In this document: one piece after another, positions 57,190-64,000 of the stretch
Position numbering within the stretch: the stretch's first letter is position 1
Layout of the letters: each line of letters opens with the position of its first letter
Assembly: GCA_016788665.1 (NCBI GenBank)
Contig: JAEUSF010000001.1
Span: 48,222 to 112,221 of the forward strand
Source of the DNA: Candidatus Doudnabacteria bacterium
GTDB taxonomy: Bacteria > Patescibacteriota > Doudnabacteria > UBA920
Direction: 5' to 3'
Length of the DNA stretch: 64,000 nucleotides
Notes under the pieces: generated by a model
The model's input: only the letters and a program-made list of their open reading frames with translations
What the model was told of the DNA's origin: nothing
Database searches by the model: none
Position numbers and translations under genes: made by a program

Positions 57190-58134
57190 TTGGAATTTGA
57201 AACTAAAAAAATCAATAGTGAAACTTTGGGTGAGTATCTAAAAGCTGTAAGGCAGGCTTTTAGATTAACCATTCCTGATGTGGCAGAGGCAACGGGCGTT
57301 AATTCCAAGTTGGTGACGGTCTTAGAAGAAGGCAAGATGCAAAATTTGCCCGCAGATGTGTATGTAATTGGGGCTTTAAATAAGTTGGCTAAGTTTTATA
57401 ATCTTAGTGAAAGCGAGCTACAGTTTCAGTATAAGAAAGAAAGATCTATAGCGAGGCATATAACTGGTAAAACAAACCCGGCGGTTATGCAGATTACCAA
57501 TTTTTGGAAGCAGCTTGTTATAACGCCTAAGGTTTTATTGTTGCTCGGAGCTGGTTTATTTGTTGCTTTTACTGTTATTTATTTATTGTGGCAAGTTTCA
57601 GCAATTAATAGGTCGCCTGATTTGGAGATTATTAGCCCAAAAAATGAAGAAGTAGTAAAAAGTTTGTCAGTTAAAGTTGTAGGGCAGACGGACAGAGGAG
57701 CAAGTGTTTTGGTAAACGGGCAGGAAATTTTTGTAGATAATCAGGGTAAGTTTTCCAACATGTTAAGTTTGGTTCCGGGGGTCCAAGAAATTACAGTGCT
57801 TTCAAAAAATAGGTTTGGTAAAGAAAGTAAAAAGGCTGTTAAAGTCATAATTGAAAATTCAAGTGAGTTACAAAATAATCAGGTTAAACTTGAGTTAAGG
57901 TTCTCAAGCGCGGTAAATATAAAATACGTAAAGGATTCTGATCAGGCAGTTGAAAGAGATTTTAATGCTGAAGAAAATTTAGTAATCGAAGCAAAAGAAA
58001 AAATTGAGATTATAAGTGTCGGTGACGGCGGAGCGGTACAAGGCGTTTTAAATGGGCAGCCTTTAGGTCCTTTGGGAAAAAAAGGGGAGCCTTTAACAAA
58101 AGTTACTTTTTATAAAGAGTCCGGCGGGAATTAG
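57190..58134 (+). CDS. rodZ: RodZ-like cytoskeleton protein (N-terminal HTH, TM, C-terminal DUF4115-like)
   Basis: XRE-like HTH (LGEYLKAVRQAFRLTIPDVAEATGV), single TM (VLLLLGAGLFVAFTVIYLLW), beta-rich C-terminus. Confidence 0.5.
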   Translation: MEFETKKINSETLGEYLKAVRQAFRLTIPDVAEATGVNSKLVTVLEEGKMQNLPADVYVIGALNKLAKFYNLSESELQFQYKKERSIARHITGKTNPAVMQITNFWKQLVITPKVLLLLGAGLFVAFTVIYLLWQVSAINRSPDLEIISPKNEEVVKSLSVKVVGQTDRGASVLVNGQEIFVDNQGKFSNMLSLVPGVQEITVLSKNRFGKESKKAVKVIIENSSELQNNQVKLELRFSSAVNIKYVKDSDQAVERDFNAEENLVIEAKEKIEIISVGDGGAVQGVLNGQPLGPLGKKGEPLTKVTFYKESGGN

Positions 58135-58262
58135 TAAAGAGCAGGGCTGTTAAATAAAATTTTATATTTATGGGTTACACTGACAGGCAGGATTATGTGT
58201 AAGAACCATTTTAGTCTTAAAAATAGGTTTATAAAATTTAAGTAGTCTTATAAAGGAAAAAT

Positions 58263-59336
58263 ATGCCAAAAAATAATTCAAAAGCAAATTCTGTTGATAC
58301 TGGTAAGTGGAAGGCGGTTACTTCCGCACTGGACCAAATTAAGGAAAAATTTGGCGATGGAAGCATAATGAAGCTTTCCGATACAAAATCTTTAAACATA
58401 GAGACAACTCCGACCGGGTCAATATCTTTAGATTTAGCGTTGGGGGCTGGCGGGGTACCTAAGGGAAGGGTTATAGAAGTCTACGGTCCTGAGAGCAGTG
58501 GTAAAACCACGCTAACTCTTCATATGATTGCCGAGGTTCAGAAAAAGGGCGGGTTGGCAGCCTTTATTGATGCAGAGCATGCTCTGGACCCTGAGTATGC
58601 TAAACGTATAGGTGTTAAATTGGAGGATCTGCTTATTTCCCAGCCTGATAATGGCGAACAGGCTTTGGATATTTGTGAGACCTTGGTTCGTTCTAACGGC
58701 CTTGACCTAGTAGTTATTGATTCGGTAGCCGCCTTAACCCCAAGGAATGAAATAGAGGGAGAGATGGGAGACAGTCATATGGGCCTTCAGGCCAGACTTA
58801 TGAGCCAGGCCTTAAGGAAGCTAACGGCTATAATTTCTAAAACTAGTACCACAGTTATTTTTATAAACCAGATTCGCATGAAAATTGGTGTTATGTTTGG
58901 TAACCCGGAAACAACTACTGGTGGTAACGCGCTAAAGTTTTATGCAAGCGTGAGGCTGGAGGTTAGGCGAACTGCGCAAATAAAAAATGGTGACAAGATA
59001 GTGGGTAACAGAGTTAAAGTTAAGGTAGTAAAAAATAAAATTGCTCCACCGTTTAAAGTTGCAGAGTTTGATATTATGTATAACGAGGGGATTAGTGCCT
59101 CTGGTGACTTGTTAGATACTGGGGTATTGATTGGGGTTATAGAAAAGTCTGGTAATACTTATATGTTCGGGAGCGTGAAGCTTGGGGTAGGTAGGGAAAA
59201 TTCAAAAACCTTCATAAAAGAAAATCCGGTAGTAATGAAAGATATAGACGTAGCGGTTAGAGAGAAAGTTAAAAGCGGAGAAGCCGTGGTGCCAAATAAA
59301 GCTCCAGAAGAAGTTTCTGAAGAGGAGAAAGAATAA
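58263..59336 (+). CDS. recA: recombinase RecA
   Basis: [18 protein letters not shown] Walker A, L1/L2 loops, 357 aa. Confidence 0.95.
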   Translation: MPKNNSKANSVDTGKWKAVTSALDQIKEKFGDGSIMKLSDTKSLNIETTPTGSISLDLALGAGGVPKGRVIEVYGPESSGKTTLTLHMIAEVQKKGGLAAFIDAEHALDPEYAKRIGVKLEDLLISQPDNGEQALDICETLVRSNGLDLVVIDSVAALTPRNEIEGEMGDSHMGLQARLMSQALRKLTAIISKTSTTVIFINQIRMKIGVMFGNPETTTGGNALKFYASVRLEVRRTAQIKNGDKIVGNRVKVKVVKNKIAPPFKVAEFDIMYNEGISASGDLLDTGVLIGVIEKSGNTYMFGSVKLGVGRENSKTFIKENPVVMKDIDVAVREKVKSGEAVVPNKAPEEVSEEEKE

Positions 59337-59473
59337 GTTGGTGGTCGCAATTTGTAATCTGCGACGAAAATCTTGGTGGATACCATTATCTGCCTAATAT
59401 TTTTACTGAACAAAGTTAAACTGAAGAATCAGAAAAATCTAAAACTCAAATCGGATTTAGAACATAAAAAATT

Positions 59474-59509
59474 ACCGCCCCTTTTAGCCTTCTGGCCGAT
59501 TGGGGCGGT
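59474..59509 (-). terminator. GC hairpin terminator between recA and the convergent gene
   Basis: accgcccc ttttagccttctggccgattg gggcggt. Confidence 0.6.
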
Positions 59510-59531
59510 TTAAGTTTTGCAAAGCGAAATA

Positions 59532-60137
59532 CTAGTCTTTGGGGTGTAAAAGTGAATCCCACATGGTGGTTCCACTGTCTTCCCAGTACTCGCAACCACT
59601 ACTCCAGTTCCTCCATGTTTGTTTGATCCACGTTTCCTCGGGTGAAGGAAGGTCAAATTTCCTTATCTCAAGCAGGAGTGCTATTTGCAGTACTGCTTTG
59701 GCGACAGTTTTGGAAAATTCTTCATCGTTTTTAACATCGACCGCCCAACCTATTCCCGCTGTGCTGTAGCCGGGGATTGTGGAGCGGTTTTGCTTCTTAC
59801 GAAAAGCAATGTGGTAATGAGTTTGCCATTGAAGTTTTTCTCTAAGTATTCCGCCTTTGCGGAGTAGCTCAAGATGCTCATAGACCACCCTTCTGAAATC
59901 TTTGGGCAGTGCCCATTGCCTGAAAATCAGGAATAGCTTTGCTTCGTCTTCTTCCTCGTCCCTTTCGCACACAATCATGCACGGGTGAAATGGTGGATCA
60001 ACAAAGCCCTCCAGGTTTCCCCATCTGACGAGCTCTTGTTTATTGGATTGGGGTATGTTGGTCTCCAGTACCCCACCTTCAAGCGTTTCAAAGTTCCAAA
60101 CAATTCGGTGAATTGTTCTTTTAGTCTTTTCGCTCAT
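59532..60137 (-). CDS. hypothetical Trp-rich protein (201 aa)
   Basis: Preferred start MSEKTKRT... with RBS aaaGGGGtgcgacATG; the ORF-track N-terminal extension to 60185 is unlikely. No recognised domain. Confidence 0.45.
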   Translation of the reverse strand: MSEKTKRTIHRIVWNFETLEGGVLETNIPQSNKQELVRWGNLEGFVDPPFHPCMIVCERDEEEDEAKLFLIFRQWALPKDFRRVVYEHLELLRKGGILREKLQWQTHYHIAFRKKQNRSTIPGYSTAGIGWAVDVKNDEEFSKTVAKAVLQIALLLEIRKFDLPSPEETWIKQTWRNWSSGCEYWEDSGTTMWDSLLHPKD

Positions 60138-60280
60138 GTCGCACCCCTTTAAATTACTCTGAATTTTAAAGTGTAACAGTAACATTTAATTTGTCTATAA
60201 TTATAATTAGTATGTTAATAAAAGATTGATTTTTGTTATTAAATATAGTAATATTAGTATGTCTAAAAAAGTAGACAGAT

Positions 60281-61024
60281 ATGAAAGAATTAGCGGAAAG
60301 TTTAGAAAAATTAGGATGGCATAATAAAAAAGCCAAGGTTTACTTGGCTCTTTTGCAGGTGGGCGAAGGCAGCGTAATAGATATTGCCGACAAAGCTGGA
60401 CTTAAAAGGACTAGTGTTTATAATATTTTGCCGGAAATGGTGAGGGAAGGCATAGTTACAATCGGTTTTAAGCAGGGTAAGAAGTATTTTTATGTAGAAA
60501 ACCCTAAGAATTTAAAACAAGACTTTGCAGACAAAATAAATTACATAGACAAAATTTTGCCGGAACTTTCTGCTATTCATAATGTAATTCCATATAAACC
60601 TAAAATTTCTTATTATGAAGGTGTGGGTGGAATGAAAGAATTATATTTAGATACTTTAAACAGTTTGCACAGTGGTGATGCCATTTTAAGCTATACGGGT
60701 TTTAAAGACTATTATGAATTTATGCCCAGAGAATTTATGGATTGGTACGTAGAAGAAAGAGTAAAAAGGAGAATAAGAATAAAAATGATAGTACCGGATT
60801 CTGAAACTACGCGAGAAATACTGCCCCAGCAACAAGCGACTCTGAGGGAAATAAAAGTTGTCCAGGAAAATAAATGGCAGTTTTCCGCGGATACGGAAAT
60901 TTTCGCAAATAAAGTCGCCCTAATTTCCCACACGGAAAATTTTATCGGCGTAATTATAGAAAGTAAGGAAATAAACCTTATGCAGCGTATGGCTTTTGAA
61001 ATTATGTGGAATGGGTTAAAATAA
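60281..61024 (+). CDS. TrmB family transcriptional regulator (paralog of 33729-34463)
   Basis: N-terminal wHTH (KVYLALLQVGEGSVIDIADKAGLKRTSVYNILPEMVREGIV) and TrmB C-terminal domain. Confidence 0.65.
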   Translation: MKELAESLEKLGWHNKKAKVYLALLQVGEGSVIDIADKAGLKRTSVYNILPEMVREGIVTIGFKQGKKYFYVENPKNLKQDFADKINYIDKILPELSAIHNVIPYKPKISYYEGVGGMKELYLDTLNSLHSGDAILSYTGFKDYYEFMPREFMDWYVEERVKRRIRIKMIVPDSETTREILPQQQATLREIKVVQENKWQFSADTEIFANKVALISHTENFIGVIIESKEINLMQRMAFEIMWNGLK

Positions 61025-61030
61025 GAGCCT

Positions 61031-63358
61031 ATGTCAGAAAATAAAAAAATTTATTGCAGTTTAGATATTGAAACTTCTGGGTTTGATCCTTTAAAGGACG
61101 AAATTTTAGAAGTAGGCTTTGTAAAATTCCAAATTTCACCTGCCCGGTCTGGTCATTCAGGTGGGAATTCCGAATTTCAAATTCTTGAAGAGTGGACACG
61201 GGTGTTTAAGCCTACAAAGCCGGTGGACGCCAAAATTTTGGGACTTACCGGGATTAAACAGGCGGAATTAGACGCTGCGCCAGAATTTTCAGAGTATAAA
61301 GAAATTTTACAGAGCAAGATCTCGGGGACTGTTATAGTCGGGCATAATGTAGTTTTCGATATAAAGTTTTTGGAAGAGGTTGGAATAGTTTTTTCGGGCC
61401 AGGTTGTAGATACTCTTGACTTGGTGCAGTGGATTTTGCCTACGCACCATTCGTACAACCTAGAAAACTTGATGCACTATTTTGGGATTAAACATCCGGA
61501 TGCGCATCGTGCTTTGGCTGACGCAAAGGCTTGTTTGGAAGTCTTAAAGTGTATGCTTAAAGAATTCTCTGCGTTTAGTAGAGAATTAAAATCTAACATC
61601 TATTCACTTATAGAGCCTTTTGCGTTTGAATGGAAAGATTTGCTTAAAAAAACAAATAATAATTGGGTTGAGTTGGGGTCTGTGGTAAAGCGCAAAAATA
61701 AATCTAAAAAAGAAGATTTGCAAAAGTTAAAATTTAAGGCGGGACATATTTATAATTTTGTGCTTCAGGAAGATTGGCAAGAAGCGGTGTTAAAGAATTT
61801 AAGTTTGGTGCGAAAAAAAAGCTTAATTGTTTTTCCAAAAAAACAAGACGCGGTAAGGTTCTGGAAAGAAGAAGGTGTGGGCGTAGTTTGGGAAGGTCGT
61901 TATGCATTTGATAAAACTAAGTTTCAAGCATTTAAAAATAAAACCCTTTCACCAGAAGAGGCTAAGTTTTGTTTAAAGGTTTTGGTTTGGGAAGATACCA
62001 ATTGGCAGACTGAATCTGTATACGACTTAAACTTGAGTTTTTTTGGTGCACAATTTAAAGATTATGTGACAACGGGAACAGTGGTCAGTAATGAAAAAGA
62101 AAAAGTTTTGTCGTGCGATATAAATACTTTTTTGCTTCTTGAAAAAAATGGTGACTTTCAAAACAGGCAGATAGTGTTTGTTGGTCTGGCAGAATTTGAG
62201 CAGGCCATTTCTTCAAATTTGACGGAAAAAGTTTCCTGGAGTTATGTAAACTATATTTTAAAAACCATATATAACCCTGAAATTAATTATGGGAAAATTG
62301 AACATAAGAAGACTGTAGAAGATTTGCTAAATGCGAGCGACCTCTTTTTTGGTTTGGTTAGCGCGATACTACAGACTGATCCGCCCGGATTTTTGGATGT
62401 AAGTCTAACGGATGAATTTGTAAGTTCTGTAAATTACAATAAGGTTAAAGAGGCGGCCGCAAGTTTTGCGGCTAAGCTAAATAGTTGGGGAAAGGTGTTG
62501 GAGTCAGAGGATTTACAGAATGTGGAAAATAATTTAAACAAATTTTTTAGTCAGGAATCCAATCGGGTTAAATGGATTGAGCTTTCGGAAAAGCGCTGCG
62601 CATTTAATAATGCCCCTTTATTAATTTCCGAGTATGCGGATGAGATTTTCAAAAAACATAAAAGCAGTTTTTTTGTAGACAGTCTGGCACCGCGCCAGAC
62701 TGTAAAATATTTTGTTGATAGGTTGGGGGTAAGTTTGTGGGGCTACGAAGAAGTAAAGCTCGAGAAAGGGTCTTCGGATGATTTGTTTTCTCGTATGGCA
62801 AAAGTGACATGTCATGCTCTTTCTAAAGGGTTGGATTCGGGTGAATTGTTAAAGCTGCTTTCTGACTCGAGCCTCCCAGCGGCAGTGCTGTTTGGTTCGC
62901 CAAAAATTCTTAAAGATTTTTATTCTGAGCACTACGAGTACTTAAAGTCGTTTGCCAGTCTGTCTGTACAAAATTCCACGGGTGGAACTAATAAATTGTT
63001 TAATAACTTTAAAATTAATTCGAATGGGGTTTTGCTTGCAACAGACCGGACTATTTTAAAAGCCATTCTTAGCAATACAGAAAATAGCCGGCCCGTGAAA
63101 CTGGGTGTTAAGACTTTGGTTGTTTTACGGTTACCCTTTGATCCAGTGAGTCATCCGTATGCCCAAGCCTTGGCAGCAATATATCCCAATGCTTTTCAGG
63201 CCATGGCTTTGCCAAAAGCTTTGTATAATTTTCATAAATTAGTTACTTTTTTTAGCAGTAAAGATTTACGAAGTATTTACTTGTGCGATTTAAAGCTGGG
63301 TAAGGAGTATGCGCAAGCATTTTGCGAATATTTAGATGTTTATTCAGGCAAAGCATAA
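61031..63358 (+). CDS. dinG: DnaQ-like 3'-5' exonuclease fused to DinG-family helicase-like domain (no Walker A detected)
   Basis: DEDDh exonuclease motifs (CSLDIETSG, VGHNVVFD, HRALADA) in the N-terminal 180 aa. A long C-terminal domain resembles the DinG C-terminus (LLATDRTILKAI...) but lacks GxGKT. Confidence 0.6.
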   Translation: MSENKKIYCSLDIETSGFDPLKDEILEVGFVKFQISPARSGHSGGNSEFQILEEWTRVFKPTKPVDAKILGLTGIKQAELDAAPEFSEYKEILQSKISGTVIVGHNVVFDIKFLEEVGIVFSGQVVDTLDLVQWILPTHHSYNLENLMHYFGIKHPDAHRALADAKACLEVLKCMLKEFSAFSRELKSNIYSLIEPFAFEWKDLLKKTNNNWVELGSVVKRKNKSKKEDLQKLKFKAGHIYNFVLQEDWQEAVLKNLSLVRKKSLIVFPKKQDAVRFWKEEGVGVVWEGRYAFDKTKFQAFKNKTLSPEEAKFCLKVLVWEDTNWQTESVYDLNLSFFGAQFKDYVTTGTVVSNEKEKVLSCDINTFLLLEKNGDFQNRQIVFVGLAEFEQAISSNLTEKVSWSYVNYILKTIYNPEINYGKIEHKKTVEDLLNASDLFFGLVSAILQTDPPGFLDVSLTDEFVSSVNYNKVKEAAASFAAKLNSWGKVLESEDLQNVENNLNKFFSQESNRVKWIELSEKRCAFNNAPLLISEYADEIFKKHKSSFFVDSLAPRQTVKYFVDRLGVSLWGYEEVKLEKGSSDDLFSRMAKVTCHALSKGLDSGELLKLLSDSSLPAAVLFGSPKILKDFYSEHYEYLKSFASLSVQNSTGGTNKLFNNFKINSNGVLLATDRTILKAILSNTENSRPVKLGVKTLVVLRLPFDPVSHPYAQALAAIYPNAFQAMALPKALYNFHKLVTFFSSKDLRSIYLCDLKLGKEYAQAFCEYLDVYSGKA

Positions 63359-63481
63359 AAAATTATAGTTATCCACATACATTTTTTGTTCGTTTTAAAG
63401 TCTATTAAAATTTAGCCAAGTAAACATGTTGTAAGAATCGCTTGAGAAATCGGGCTTTTTTTGTTTTGACGCAATACAGAA

Positions 63482-63516
63482 TTGACAAAGTGCGAAAATT
63501 TTGCTAAAATTTATAT
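63482..63516 (+). promoter_or_regulatory. strong sigma70-type promoter (TTGACA-17-TAAAAT), followed by boxA-like motifs
   Basis: ttgacaaagtgcgaaaattttgctaaaat; downstream GCTCTTTAAAAAATTTAACG (63550-63569) and GCTCTTAAAG (63601-63610) resemble boxA (TGCTCTTTAACAATTTATCA). Confidence 0.55.
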
Positions 63517-64000
63517 ATACAGTTTAGAAAATTACAGAAACAAAAAGCTCTTTAAAAAATTTAACGTCCAAACCCGCCTGCATATGCACGGAGGAAATCT
63601 GCTCTTAAAGTTTAGAATTTAAGATCGGGTTTCCTTCTACTTCCCGCTCATAGCGTGCCATTCTCACGCTGATTGCAAAAACAAAAACAAAAAAAATGTA
63701 GATTGCTTCGTTCCCCAACAAGCAATTATCGAAAATCTCAAAATAAGATTTTCAAAAGTTTAGGGTCAGCTTCGGTTGACCGTAAGGGAAGTTGAAGTGC
63801 AGTTTGAAAACAGATTGGGTTTCGGACGCTTTCCTCCGCTGTTATGCGGAGAGGCTTGAAACGCCAGAGTGCTAGAAGTTGCGCAAACATTTGTGCGACG
63901 CCTAGCCGAGCAATTCAGGCTATAGCGCCTACCGCTGGTCGATTTAATTTATATTATTGCGACCCCCAAGCGGGGGCGCTTTTTCATTTGTGGAAACTTT

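Noticed and set aside
59345-59365. gtcgca...tgcgac hairpin after recA as an intrinsic terminator
   Set aside because: No downstream T-tract on the plus strand. The stronger GC hairpin at 59474-59509 is the more likely shared terminator.
63560-63990. Minus-strand GGAGGAAAGCGTCCGAAACCC (about 63815-63840) resembles the RNase P RNA P4 core GGAGGAAAGUCCGGGC; considered RNase P RNA or tmRNA
   Set aside because: Other universally conserved RNase P elements (ACAGAA, GGUAA, P4 3' strand) are not found, and there is no tmRNA tag ORF or tRNA-like ends. The plus-strand promoter/boxA/terminator organisation explains the region better.

Overview
The window is AT-rich (about 37% GC) and compact, with mostly housekeeping genes and weak Shine-Dalgarno usage. 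Together with two four-helix-bundle (23S-IVS-type) genes, two TrmB-family regulators, O-antigen-ligase-like proteins and a tRNA-Ile with UAU anticodon, this fits a Patescibacteria/CPR-like or similarly reduced bacterium. Core genes recognised: class A PBP, tyrS, ruvC, yebC, rsmI, gyrA, rpsA, a fold-III PLP decarboxylase, infB-rbfA-nrnA, purF, an HTH-fused murA, murF-alr-ddl, rnhB, aspA-like lyase, hsp20, ftsK, rodZ-like, recA and a DinG-like exonuclease. There are 12 tRNA genes (Ile-UAU, Leu-UAA, Cys, Gly, Phe, Val, Leu-GAG, Ala-CGC, Arg-CCU, Ala-GGC, Pro, Ser-CGA), all with encoded CCA. The standout accessory locus is a very AT-rich two-gene operon next to the tRNA-Gly/Phe/Val cluster: an OLD-family ATPase+Toprim nuclease (23952-25913) followed after a 3-nt gap by a protein with an N-terminal Mrr-like PD-(D/E)xK nuclease, a STAND/NB-ARC-type NTPase and a helical C-terminus (Avs-like, 21672-23948). 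I do not recognise this pairing as a described defence system. Three tRNA genes (Ile, Cys, Phe) are each preceded by a truncated duplicate of their own 5' end interrupted by a GC hairpin. In two cases a small GIY-YIG nuclease gene (one intact, one frameshifted) sits between the fragment and the intact tRNA, suggesting a tRNA-targeting mini-element family. Both four-helix-bundle genes sit in roughly 0.4-0.5 kb cassettes flanked by terminal inverted repeats, one of them splitting alr from ddl. A heptanucleotide tandem-repeat family (TTTCAAA/AATATCA/TTTATAC/TTTGTAA) occurs as inverted pairs in intergenic terminators and also inside the murF/alr coding sequence. Other points: GC-rich probable HGT genes with perfect AGGAGG RBS, a purF leader with promoter plus intrinsic terminator (candidate riboswitch/attenuator), and a strong sigma70 promoter with boxA-like motifs at the window end. 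No CRISPR array, integrase or transposase was found.
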